From positions 64,001-128,000 of the IMG/VR virus record IMGVR_UViG_3300022890_000011: DNA of 64,000 nucleotides; one strand, written 5' to 3'. This document shows, one piece after another, positions 42,858 to 52,432 of this stretch. The position numbers and the translations under genes were made by a program. Within the stretch, counting starts at the first letter, position 1, and every line of letters begins with the position of its first letter. A model generated the notes under the pieces. That model did no database searches. It was given only the letters and a program-made list of their open reading frames with translations, and was not told the origin of the DNA. The stretch is from a virus.

Positions 42858-43607
42858 ATGAAAATTAGAAACGGATTTGTAAGTAATTCAAGTAGTAGTT
42901 CATTTGTTATAATGTCTACAAATAAAATAGAGTCAAATGATGATATATATGAAAAGTTTTTGATACCTGAAGCATCACCTTTAAGTAGTTTGTCATATGA
43001 TATATCTCGCACTTTTTTTAATCAAAGTGAAGAAATGTCATATGAAGATATAGTAGATGAATATTATTATGGTGATAAAGAACTTATTCTAGAAGATGTG
43101 TCTCTCTTACATGAAGAATGTAGTTGGTTGTTTAGTTTAGAAGAATTACAAAAAATAAAAGATGAAAAATTATTTGTAAGATATGGTTCTGTTTCTAGTG
43201 ATAGTGGAGAACCAATTGATCAGTTGATATATTATGGTGCAGATATTAATATAGATACAGAAGATTTTAAAATAAATAGAAAATTAATGGAACAATTTAC
43301 AATTATGTTTAATGGAAAAGAATTTAAAATTAAATCACGAGAACATGAATTAATATTCTTTTCTATGTGGAAAGCAATAAGCCAAATATTACCTGAATTT
43401 ATTGGAGAAGAATATTATGCTCAATGCAATAATTCATTTATAAATGTAAATAAAGCAATTAATAAACAAAAACATAATCATGAATTTTTTAACGCCTTCT
43501 TCATGAAAAAAAATATAATCAATGAAAATACTGTAATTTTTATTAAACCTGTAAAAGCGTGTTATGATTGGAAAAAGAAATATGACAAATATATATTTGT
43601 AATATAA
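42858..43607 (+). CDS. MKIRxGFVSNSSSSS-leader protein 8 fused to an inserted ORF (from ATG 43287)
   Basis: Leader; direct repeats at 43257 and 43655 bracket the second half. Confidence 0.7.
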   Translation: MKIRNGFVSNSSSSSFVIMSTNKIESNDDIYEKFLIPEASPLSSLSYDISRTFFNQSEEMSYEDIVDEYYYGDKELILEDVSLLHEECSWLFSLEELQKIKDEKLFVRYGSVSSDSGEPIDQLIYYGADINIDTEDFKINRKLMEQFTIMFNGKEFKIKSREHELIFFSMWKAISQILPEFIGEEYYAQCNNSFINVNKAINKQKHNHEFFNAFFMKKNIINENTVIFIKPVKACYDWKKKYDKYIFVI

Positions 43608-43688
43608 AAAAAATATTTCCTGAAATGTAGCACCAAAAGAAATAAGATTATTAGACAGAAGATTTTAAAATAAAAATAGAAAATTAAT

Positions 43689-44210
43689 ATGGAAGAAGAA
43701 ATATTAAACGTTATACAGAATTTACCACCAGATAAATTATTAGAATTATCTGAAATGGTAGTAAAAACATTAGAGACTAATATAAAATTTGAATCATTAG
43801 AATTGAGTGCTAGACATGAAAAATTAGTTGAAACTATTAAAACACATTTAAAGGAGATAAAAGATATTTATGAATCGTCTACTTTATTTGAAAAATATTC
43901 AAAAATATCTGATGATATTAGAACAAGAATCAGTGATTTGAATAGTGATACTTATCATAATATTGAAAACAGATCAGATCAAGTTGAAGATATTAAAGGT
44001 ACTTGTAGTGATATGTATGATATTAAAGAAGAAATAAAAGAGTTAATTTCAGAAATGGATGAACATGATATTGAAATTATAAATGAAATAATGTTAGATT
44101 TAACTGATTTGATGCATGATCTTGAGAGTTATATTGAGAGTGGTGATATAATTGTAAATCAACATGAAATTCTAGAATATAAAATTGAAGATTTTTTAAG
44201 AAATTTTTAA
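43689..44210 (+). CDS. Acidic coiled-coil hypothetical protein
   Basis: Helical heptad pattern. Confidence 0.5.
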   Translation: MEEEILNVIQNLPPDKLLELSEMVVKTLETNIKFESLELSARHEKLVETIKTHLKEIKDIYESSTLFEKYSKISDDIRTRISDLNSDTYHNIENRSDQVEDIKGTCSDMYDIKEEIKELISEMDEHDIEIINEIMLDLTDLMHDLESYIESGDIIVNQHEILEYKIEDFLRNF

Positions 44211-44228
44211 TTAAAATAAATAAATAAT

Positions 44229-46508
44229 ATGAAAATAAGCCAAAAAGACCAACAAGACATTCTTGATAAGAATAAAAGATTAGAATCAATTAAACCAATT
44301 CTTAAATCAGAATTTATTGGAATAGATGATGTTATAGATAATATAATTGAATCTATAAGACCATTTTATGTTTTTCCAAAATCTCTTAAAAGACCTTTAG
44401 TGGTTAACTTATGGGGATTAACTGGAACTGGTAAAACATCTATTGTTGATAGAATAGTTGATTTATTAGAATTAAATAATAGATATTCTAAATTTGATGT
44501 TGGTGAATATTCTTCATCTAATTCAGATTGGAAATTAAAACAAGATTTAGGAGAAGCTACTTCTAATATTGATACCAAAAATATGATATTTGCATTTGAT
44601 GAGTTTCAACTAGGTAGAACTATTAATGAGATGGGAGCTGAAGTTGATAGAATTGCTTTAAGACCTATGTGGGAAGTTATTGATCATGGAATTATTTACG
44701 AATTTAATTACTCATATTCACGTGTATTTGATATACTTAAGAAAATAAAACAATGTGCTGATTCTGGTGTAGAGGTTAAAAAAGGTTATGTTGTTAAAAA
44801 TGAACATGTTTATAATTCAGTTTTTAGACGTGAAGAATTAAGACCTTGTGATTTTAAGGTTTGTACATATCAAGAACAAATAGAAGATGAAGATGAAAAT
44901 CATAATCATCCCGATAGAGAACCACCAATAGTTGTTAGTAGAAGTAATAAAATAACAGAAGAAGCTAAAGAGATTAGAATTAATAAAATAGTCGATCCTG
45001 ATTCAGTTTCATCTTATTATTTTGATATTTCAGATGAAGAAATGAAACATTTTGTACAACCTAGAATGATTAAATATTATCATTATTGTAAATTTTATGA
45101 AGCTAACCCTGCATTTTTTGAAAATGAGTTTAATTTTAAAAAACATATTGATAAGTTTAATTTGCCATTTCCATTGTTAATTGAAATGATTAGTAAAAAT
45201 TTCATTATGAATTCATCATTAATGAGAAAGAAAGATTTTTCACAATCATTAGTATTTTGTGTTGGTAATGTTGATGAAGCATATACAATGGCTTTTTCTT
45301 CTGATCCTGATGCGGATGCGGATTTATTTTGGGAACATTCTTTAAAGATTAATATTCCTAAAATGAAAAATGCTTTATCTCATAGATTTAGAATGGAACA
45401 AATTGGTAGATTAGGTAATAATCATATTGTATATCCAGCTCTCAATAAAAATTCTTATGAAAAGATTATTGAACTTTATTTTAACAAAAGAGTTGAACAT
45501 TTTGAAGAACAATTTGGAATTAAATTAGAAGTGGATGAAAGTTTAAAAGATATTATGTATAAAGAATCAGTTTTTCCGTCCCAAGGTGTGAGACCAATTT
45601 TATCATCTTTTAATACATTAGTAGACTCTTATGTTTCAAGATTGATTTCGGATTTAATTTTCCAAAATCCTACATGTGATAAAGTTAACTGGAAATATAG
45701 CAGAAAAGATGAGAAATATATTATTTCATCAACAGGAGAGAAAGAAGAAGTTATTATTGAATATCCAGTTAAACTTAATATTGAAAATTTAAGAGAATCT
45801 GATTATTCAGAGAATCAAGCATTTACCGCTGTTCATGAAGCTGGTCATGCAGTTATTTCTGTTGTTGCAGCCGATTTAGTTCCAAAAGAAGTTGTTTCTA
45901 AAACAGCATCTATTGCTGAAGGTTTTTGTAGAATTGAATATCCAGAACAAATGACTAGAGATTTATCTATTAAACAAATCAAAGTATTATTAGCTGGTAT
46001 TGAATCTGAAAGATTTCTATTTGGTGATGAATTAATTAGTTCAGGTGCTTTTTCTGATTTATCAAGAGCAACTGATTTAGCTGTGTCTATGATTAAAGAA
46101 TTTGGTATGGGCGAAAGTCTTTGTCAAATAAGAGCGACAACAGATTCCACTATGGTTGGTATGAAAGTAATGAGTGAAGATTATGAAGAAGTTATCGCTA
46201 AGATGATTGATGATCTTCAAAAAGATGTTCAAAAATTATTAAAAGATAATGAAGAGTTTTTATTAGAATTGTCTCATTTTTTATCTAATAATTCTAAGAT
46301 TGAGAAGGATGAACTAACTAAAATGGCTAAAAAATATCATACAAAATTCAGAGATAAAGATCATTATTATGATTTTAAAGATACTATTAAAACTCGTATG
46401 AACAAGATTGATATGTCAGAATCACCAGATTCTATTGTTAAAGAACAGATTTATGAGTTTTCTCAAAATAAGAAGAAGAAAAATAATGGAAACGGAAAAT
46501 CAAAATAA
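44229..46508 (+). CDS. Soluble AAA+ ATPase fused to an FtsH-like peptidase M41 domain
   Basis: FIGIDDVI, Walker A GLTGTGKT, Walker B FAFDE, QGVRP; TAVHEAGHA, LLAG..SE, GA.SDL.RAT..A..M...FGM; no TM segment. Confidence 0.85.
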   Translation: MKISQKDQQDILDKNKRLESIKPILKSEFIGIDDVIDNIIESIRPFYVFPKSLKRPLVVNLWGLTGTGKTSIVDRIVDLLELNNRYSKFDVGEYSSSNSDWKLKQDLGEATSNIDTKNMIFAFDEFQLGRTINEMGAEVDRIALRPMWEVIDHGIIYEFNYSYSRVFDILKKIKQCADSGVEVKKGYVVKNEHVYNSVFRREELRPCDFKVCTYQEQIEDEDENHNHPDREPPIVVSRSNKITEEAKEIRINKIVDPDSVSSYYFDISDEEMKHFVQPRMIKYYHYCKFYEANPAFFENEFNFKKHIDKFNLPFPLLIEMISKNFIMNSSLMRKKDFSQSLVFCVGNVDEAYTMAFSSDPDADADLFWEHSLKINIPKMKNALSHRFRMEQIGRLGNNHIVYPALNKNSYEKIIELYFNKRVEHFEEQFGIKLEVDESLKDIMYKESVFPSQGVRPILSSFNTLVDSYVSRLISDLIFQNPTCDKVNWKYSRKDEKYIISSTGEKEEVIIEYPVKLNIENLRESDYSENQAFTAVHEAGHAVISVVAADLVPKEVVSKTASIAEGFCRIEYPEQMTRDLSIKQIKVLLAGIESERFLFGDELISSGAFSDLSRATDLAVSMIKEFGMGESLCQIRATTDSTMVGMKVMSEDYEEVIAKMIDDLQKDVQKLLKDNEEFLLELSHFLSNNSKIEKDELTKMAKKYHTKFRDKDHYYDFKDTIKTRMNKIDMSESPDSIVKEQIYEFSQNKKKKNNGNGKSK

Positions 46509-46550
46509 GTTTGATGAAGAAATGAAACATAATCCTATTATATCATTTGA

Positions 46551-46790
46551 AGATTTGATCCGTCAAGCAAAACATGTTCTAATTGTGGTTCAATCAATAA
46601 AGAATTGACTTTAAAGGATAGGGAATGGATTTGCTCTAAATGTGGAAAAGAACATGATAGAGATATTAATGCTGCTATAAATATAAGAAATTTTGGGTTG
46701 AGGAACCAACCCAGTGTCACCCAAAGTGAATGGTTACATTGTGCTTGTGGCGTATAAACACATTAGTCTTTAGCTAATGTGTAAGTTCAT
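46551..46790 (+). mobile_element. tnpB: IS200/IS605 tnpB 3' remnant with right end
   Basis: Unannotated frame [13 protein letters not shown]...[22 protein letters not shown] ending 46757, then hairpin ACACATTAG-TCTTTAG-CTAATGTGT and AAGTTCAT. Confidence 0.88.
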
Positions 46791-46861
46791 AAGAGGTTAT
46801 TTAGTAGTGAAAGCATAAAACAATAAATACGATTGGGAAAAATTAATAAAAAATATTAATA

Positions 46862-47194
46862 ATGAAAGAAAAAGTAGAAAAATTATTAGGTTTAATAGGT
46901 AATGAAGATCTTTTCAAAAAATTGAGAGATGAATATTTAAAACATTTAAATGAACAGATAGATGATCCTGAGATATTTGAAGAATTTATGTGTCTTATAA
47001 TAAATGAATTTAAATATGAAACATTCAGAGATGAAACTAGTAAGAATTATATGGAAATTTATACAGAGGAAGAAATGGATTATATGTTGAATTATTATAG
47101 TAGTGATATAGGACAAAGTATAATTGAAAAGAATACTATTATGGTAACAAGAAGTATGACATTGAGCCAAAAGATTGTCGTTAATTTCTTCTAA
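46862..47194 (+). CDS. DUF2059-like protein, probably 3'-truncated
   Basis: YTEEEMDYMLNYYSSDIGQSIIEK. Confidence 0.5.
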   Translation: MKEKVEKLLGLIGNEDLFKKLRDEYLKHLNEQIDDPEIFEEFMCLIINEFKYETFRDETSKNYMEIYTEEEMDYMLNYYSSDIGQSIIEKNTIMVTRSMTLSQKIVVNFF

Positions 47195-47437
47195 TTTATC
47201 TAATATCTCTTGACTATTATTATCATTTATTCCACCTGGATTTAACATTTCAATTCTAGTTTCACCTTCTTTTATAGGTAAAAAAAATTGAATAATATCA
47301 TGATAATCTTTTTCTAAAGAATAATATTGTTTAAAATAATTAAGACCTTGTCTTGCTTGCTGTTTACTTAAACCATCGACATTTATATAAAATATAAATA
47401 TTATTTTATCTTTGATTGATTGTTTATTTAAATTCAT
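46946..47437 (-). CDS. Small protein with T4-portal-like motifs
   Basis: IFYINVDGLSKQQARQGL and FFLPIKEGETRIEMLNPG; the 3' part is antisense run-on into 46862..47194. Confidence 0.5.
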   Translation of the reverse strand: MNLNKQSIKDKIIFIFYINVDGLSKQQARQGLNYFKQYYSLEKDYHDIIQFFLPIKEGETRIEMLNPGGINDNNSQEILDKLEEINDNLLAQCHTSCYHNSILFNYTLSYITTIIIQHIIHFFLCINFHIILTSFISECFIFKFIYYKTHKFFKYLRIIYLFI

Positions 47438-47442
47438 TAATT

Positions 47443-49077
47443 ATGTTTATTTTTATAATAATCATCAATTTTATCAAGAATCATAGCACTAAATATATAT
47501 TTGTTACAGGAGGAGTTTCTTCATCATTAGGCAAAGGTATTATTTCTGCATCACTTGCAAAACTTTTACAGGCAAGAGGATATCGGGTTACTATTCAGAA
47601 ACTTGATCCATATATTAATATAGATCCCGGAACTCTTAATCCTTATGAACATGGCGAATGTTTTGTTACTGATGATGGTGCTGAAACAGATCTTGACCTT
47701 GGACATTATGAAAGATTTTTGAATATTAATACTTCACAAGCAAATAATGTTACTACTGGTAGAATTTATCAAACAGTTATTGATAAAGAAAGAAGAGGTG
47801 ATTTTTTAGGAAAAACAGTTCAGATTATACCTCATATTACTGATGAAATAAAAAGAAATATTAAATTTTTAAGTAAAAAACAAAAATATGATTTTATTAT
47901 TACTGAAATAGGTGGTACTGTTGGTGATATTGAATCGTTACCATATATTGAATCATTACGACAGTTAAAATGGGAAATGCCAGGAAATGTCATTACAATA
48001 CATCTTACTCTTTTACCTTATTTGAATGCAACAGGAGAATTAAAAACAAAACCAACCCAACATTCGGTAAAAACACTTCTCGAAGCAGGGGTACAACCAG
48101 ATATTCTTATATTAAGAACAGAAAAATCGATTAATAATGATATTAGAAAAAAAGTAGCTTTATTTTGCAATGTTGATATTTCTTCTGTAATTGAATCAAA
48201 AGATGTTTCAACTATTTATGAAGTGCCTGTTTTAATGCAAAAAGAAAAATTAGATAGAATAGTACTTTCTAAATTACAAATGCCTTTAAAAGAAGAGCCA
48301 AAACTTACACCATGGAAAGATTTTCTTAAAAAATACAATAACCCAAAAAAAGAAGTTAAAATTGGATTGATTGGTAAATATATTGAACTTGCTGATGCAT
48401 ATAAATCAATAATAGAATCTTTTATTCATGCTGGAGCCGAAAATGAATGTCGGGTAAACCTTGAATTAATTAATTCGTCAGATCTAACAAATAACACATA
48501 TTCTAATAAACTAAAAGATTTAAAAGGAATTATAATAGCTCCAGGTTTTGGTCACCGTGGTTTTGAAGGAAAAATCTTAGCTGCAAAATATGCCCGTGAA
48601 AACAATATTCCTTTTCTTGGTATTTGTTTGGGAATGCAATGTGCAGTTATTGATTTTGCAAGAAATGTGATTGGTTATGAAAAAGCAAACTCTTCTGAAA
48701 TGTCAAGAAATACGTTATATCCGGTTATTGACCTTATGGAAGATCAAAAAGAAATACTTGAGAAAGGTGGAACAATGCGATTAGGATCATTTCCTTGTAA
48801 TATAAAAAAGAATACAAATGCATATAATGCATATAAAAAGAATAAAATAGTAGAACGTCACCGACATAGATATGAATTTAATAATGCATATTTAAAAGAT
48901 TTTGAAAAATCAGGCATGATGTCTACAGGAATAAATCCCGGTACAGGTTTGGTTGAAATTATTGAAATACCAAAACATAAATGGTTTGTTGGTGTTCAGT
49001 TTCACCCAGAATACAGAAGTACGGTTTTAAATCCACATCCATTATTTGTAAATTTTGTAAAAGCAACTTTAAATTGA
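47443..49077 (+). CDS. pyrG: CTP synthase
   Basis: TKYIFVTGGVSSSLGKG, KLDPYIN.DPGT, EIGGTVGDIES, KTKPTQHSV, GICLGMQ, ERHRHRYE, QFHPE. Confidence 0.98.
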   Translation: MFIFIIIINFIKNHSTKYIFVTGGVSSSLGKGIISASLAKLLQARGYRVTIQKLDPYINIDPGTLNPYEHGECFVTDDGAETDLDLGHYERFLNINTSQANNVTTGRIYQTVIDKERRGDFLGKTVQIIPHITDEIKRNIKFLSKKQKYDFIITEIGGTVGDIESLPYIESLRQLKWEMPGNVITIHLTLLPYLNATGELKTKPTQHSVKTLLEAGVQPDILILRTEKSINNDIRKKVALFCNVDISSVIESKDVSTIYEVPVLMQKEKLDRIVLSKLQMPLKEEPKLTPWKDFLKKYNNPKKEVKIGLIGKYIELADAYKSIIESFIHAGAENECRVNLELINSSDLTNNTYSNKLKDLKGIIIAPGFGHRGFEGKILAAKYARENNIPFLGICLGMQCAVIDFARNVIGYEKANSSEMSRNTLYPVIDLMEDQKEILEKGGTMRLGSFPCNIKKNTNAYNAYKKNKIVERHRHRYEFNNAYLKDFEKSGMMSTGINPGTGLVEIIEIPKHKWFVGVQFHPEYRSTVLNPHPLFVNFVKATLN

Positions 49078-49198
49078 TAAGAAAAGGAATTGATAAGAGT
49101 TTTTAAACAATAGTTTAAAATTAATATATAAAATAAATTTTTTTAAATTCTAAAATTTACTATATTGTAATAGTAAATTTTTAAAATTTTATAATAAT

Positions 49199-51205
49199 AT
49201 GGATGATGTAGAAAATAAAAAATCAAATAAAAACAGTAATTCTGATACACCAACATTAGATTCTTATGGTGTTGACTTGACAAAAGCCGCAATGGAAGAT
49301 AGGTTAGACCCCATAATTGGTCGTGAAGTTGAAATTGAAAGATTGGCTCAAATTTTGAGTAGACGCAAAAAGAACAACCCAGTATTAATCGGGGAGCCTG
49401 GAGTTGGTAAAAGTGCCATAGTAGAGGCTTTGGCTATTAGAATCATAAATAAAAAAGTGTCAAGAGTTCTTTTTGATAGAAAAGTCATGACTTTAGATTT
49501 AGCTTCAGTTATTGCTGGTACTAAATATAGAGGTCAATTTGAAGAAAGGATGAAGGCTATCTTAGATGAATTATCAAAAAATGAGGATGTAATATTATTT
49601 ATTGATGAAATACATACAATAGTTGGAGCAGGTGGTGCATCTGGTTCACTTGATGCTGCAAATATGTTAAAACCAGCTCTTGCTAGAGGTGATATTCAAT
49701 GTATTGGTGCAACGACATTAGATGAATATAGACAACATATTGAAAAAGATGGAGCGTTGGAGAGAAGATTTCAAAAAATAATGGTAGAGCCAACTTCTTC
49801 TGAAGAAACAGTTGAAATACTTCATAAAATTAAAGAAAGATATGAAGATCATCATAATGTAGAATATACTGATGAAGCATTAGAAGCTTGTGTTAAATTA
49901 ACTAATAGGTATATTACAGATAGATGTTTACCTGATAAAGCTATTGATGCTCTTGATGAGGCTGGTTCTAGAGTACATATTTCTAATATTGTTGTTCCTC
50001 AATCTATTTTGGATCTTGAATCTGAATTAGAAATAGCTAAAAAAGATAAATTAGAAGCAGTTAAAGCTCAGAAGTTTGAAGATGCTGCAGAGGCTCGTGA
50101 TTATGAAAAAGATATTTTAAGTGATATTAAATCTGAAAAAATAGAATGGGAAAAAGAACTTTCAAAAAATAAAGAAAAAGTTGACGAACATGATATTGCT
50201 GAAGTTGTTGCGATGATTACTGGTGTTCCAGTTAATAGAATTGCTCAATCAGAAGGTAATAAACTAGTAAAAATGGATGTAGACCTTAAAGGTAAAATTA
50301 TTGGTCAAGATGAAGCACTAAGTAAAATTGTTAAATCTATTAAGAGAAATAGATCTGGGTTGAAAGATCCAAATAAACCAATTGGTACATTTGTATTCTT
50401 AGGTCCTACAGGGGTTGGGAAAACGTGGTTAGCTAAAGTATTATCTGAATATTTATTTGATAGTAAAGATGCTTTAATTAGAATTGATATGAGTGAATAT
50501 ATGGAGAAGTTTGCAGTTTCAAGATTAGTTGGTGCTCCTCCAGGATATGTTGGTTATGAAGAAGGCGGACAATTATCTGAGAAAGTTCGTAGAAAGCCAT
50601 ATTCTGTTGTGTTATTAGATGAAATTGAAAAGGCACATCCAGATGTATTTAATATTTTACTTCAAATTTTAGATGAAGGTAGATTAACTGATAGTTCTGG
50701 TAGAAGAATTGATTTTAGAAATACATTGATTATAATGACTTCTAATATTGGTACTAGACAATTAGCTGAACATGAAGGTGGTGGTATCGGTTTTGATACA
50801 AAAGCAAAATTAGAAGGTAAAGAATCACATAATAATAGTGTTGTACAGAGTGCTTTGAAAAAAGCTTTTGCACCAGAATTTCTAAATAGATTAGATGATG
50901 TAGTTGTATTTAATTCATTGGATATAAATAGTATTAAAGATATTATTGAAATTGAATTAGAGGGTTTATATTCTAGAGTTGAAGAACTTGGTTATAAAGT
51001 TAAATTGTCACCGAAAGCAAAAGATTATATTTGTGAAAAAGGATTTGATCCTAAATATGGTGCTAGACCTTTAAAAAGAGCAATACAAAAATATTTAGAA
51101 GATAAATTAGCAGAAACTCTAATATCTACAAATATTAAGCAAGGTTCTACTATTTCAGTTGGATATAGTAAGAAAAATGATGAAATAACAATTAATGTAA
51201 AGTAG
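49199..51205 (+). CDS. clpC: ClpC-like Hsp100 ATPase lacking the N-terminal Clp-repeat domain
   Basis: NBD1 GEPGVGKS, KYRGQFEER; UVR-like middle domain; NBD2 GPTGVGKT, GAPPGYVGY; IGF loop. Confidence 0.93.
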   Translation: MDDVENKKSNKNSNSDTPTLDSYGVDLTKAAMEDRLDPIIGREVEIERLAQILSRRKKNNPVLIGEPGVGKSAIVEALAIRIINKKVSRVLFDRKVMTLDLASVIAGTKYRGQFEERMKAILDELSKNEDVILFIDEIHTIVGAGGASGSLDAANMLKPALARGDIQCIGATTLDEYRQHIEKDGALERRFQKIMVEPTSSEETVEILHKIKERYEDHHNVEYTDEALEACVKLTNRYITDRCLPDKAIDALDEAGSRVHISNIVVPQSILDLESELEIAKKDKLEAVKAQKFEDAAEARDYEKDILSDIKSEKIEWEKELSKNKEKVDEHDIAEVVAMITGVPVNRIAQSEGNKLVKMDVDLKGKIIGQDEALSKIVKSIKRNRSGLKDPNKPIGTFVFLGPTGVGKTWLAKVLSEYLFDSKDALIRIDMSEYMEKFAVSRLVGAPPGYVGYEEGGQLSEKVRRKPYSVVLLDEIEKAHPDVFNILLQILDEGRLTDSSGRRIDFRNTLIIMTSNIGTRQLAEHEGGGIGFDTKAKLEGKESHNNSVVQSALKKAFAPEFLNRLDDVVVFNSLDINSIKDIIEIELEGLYSRVEELGYKVKLSPKAKDYICEKGFDPKYGARPLKRAIQKYLEDKLAETLISTNIKQGSTISVGYSKKNDEITINVK

Positions 51206-51992
51206 GTTAAATATATATAATTAAATGTGGAATAAAGAAAAAGATAAAGAATATAAAAAATTAAAGCGTTCTGGATATACTAAAGAACAATTAAAAAAAC
51301 ATTTTGGTGAAGATATATATGATTCAAATTATTTACAAAAATCTGAAAAATTATCATTTTTAAAAGATTATAAATCCTATTTGTTAACTGAAATAAAAAT
51401 AACACCAGAAGAAACAGAATATATTATTAAAAAAGAAAAATCAATATCATATAATGACAAATATGATTATGTTATAAATTTTGAAATAGATGCCAATAAA
51501 TATGTTTTAATTTTATTTTATGTTATATCTAATAATATTCATTCATATGAATTATTATTTACCACAACACAACAATATATCGAATATACGATAGAAATGG
51601 ATAATATATTATCTTTACCTGGTAAACATTTCACTGATAAAGAACAAGAATTTTTAAAAAAGATTGTTGAAAAAGAAACAAATTTTGATGAAGTAATGAA
51701 ATTGATGAAATCAATTTCATATATTTTACTTGATATTTATACAGATTATACATCTATTGATTGTTTTTCAATTCATTCAACAGATAATCCCACAAAAATA
51801 AAATTATACAGAAATATTATAAAAGATTCTTTTAAGAATATAAAAGAAAAGAAAATTGGTGATATTTTTTATTATGAATTTGATTTAGAAGATTTTGATT
51901 AAAATAAAAACAATAAGGTTATGTTTTAGAATAATGTATAAAAGTTTAGTTGGATATAGTAAGAAAAATAATGAAATAACAATTAATGTAAA
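51157..51992 (+). repeat. 45-bp direct repeat (51157-51201 / 51948-51992) flanking ORF 51225..51902
   Basis: agttggatatagtaagaaaaat(g/a)atgaaataacaattaatgtaaa, one mismatch; duplicates the clpC 3' end. Confidence 0.9.
51225..51902 (+). CDS. Hypothetical protein (inserted gene)
   Basis: 225-aa ORF between direct repeats; preceded by AATATATA. Confidence 0.6.
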   Translation: MWNKEKDKEYKKLKRSGYTKEQLKKHFGEDIYDSNYLQKSEKLSFLKDYKSYLLTEIKITPEETEYIIKKEKSISYNDKYDYVINFEIDANKYVLILFYVISNNIHSYELLFTTTQQYIEYTIEMDNILSLPGKHFTDKEQEFLKKIVEKETNFDEVMKLMKSISYILLDIYTDYTSIDCFSIHSTDNPTKIKLYRNIIKDSFKNIKEKKIGDIFYYEFDLEDFD

Positions 51993-51997
51993 ATAAT

Positions 51998-52423
51998 ATG
52001 GAAAAATTTATTACAGCATTTGCAACAGATAATGAAAAATCATTTACAAATAATCATTTTGGAGATGCTGATTGTTATATGATTTATGAAATTTCATTAT
52101 CTGATGTTAAATTTATAAAAAAAATAAGTAATACATCTGAAGAAGAAGATGAAGAAATTCATGCTGACCCTAAAAAAGCTAAAAGTGTTGCAAAAATGTT
52201 AAAAAATGAAAATGTTAATGTTGTTGTTTCTAGAATTTACGGGCCAAATATAAATCGAATTAAAAAAAAATTTGTTTGTGTTTTAATGGATAATGAAGAA
52301 ATTTCTGAATGTCCAAATATAATTCAAAAAAAATTAAATGTTATAATTGATGAGTGGAATAAGGGAGAAGATAGAAATTATCTTAATTTTAGGGGTGAGA
52401 AAAACGAAGATTTAAATAAATAA
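51998..52423 (+). CDS. NifB/NifX-family (FeMo-cofactor-binding fold) protein
   Basis: AFATD......HFGDADCYMIYE, H...K, V.VVVS..YGPN. Confidence 0.75.
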   Translation: MEKFITAFATDNEKSFTNNHFGDADCYMIYEISLSDVKFIKKISNTSEEEDEEIHADPKKAKSVAKMLKNENVNVVVSRIYGPNINRIKKKFVCVLMDNEEISECPNIIQKKLNVIIDEWNKGEDRNYLNFRGEKNEDLNK

Positions 52424-52432
52424 ATATTTATA

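Noticed and set aside
35067-42910. MKIR leader as a DNA repeat, MITE or DGR template
   Set aside because: Synonymous variation, including TCN/AGY switches, indicates protein-level conservation; no reverse transcriptase, inverted ends or adenine-specific variation.
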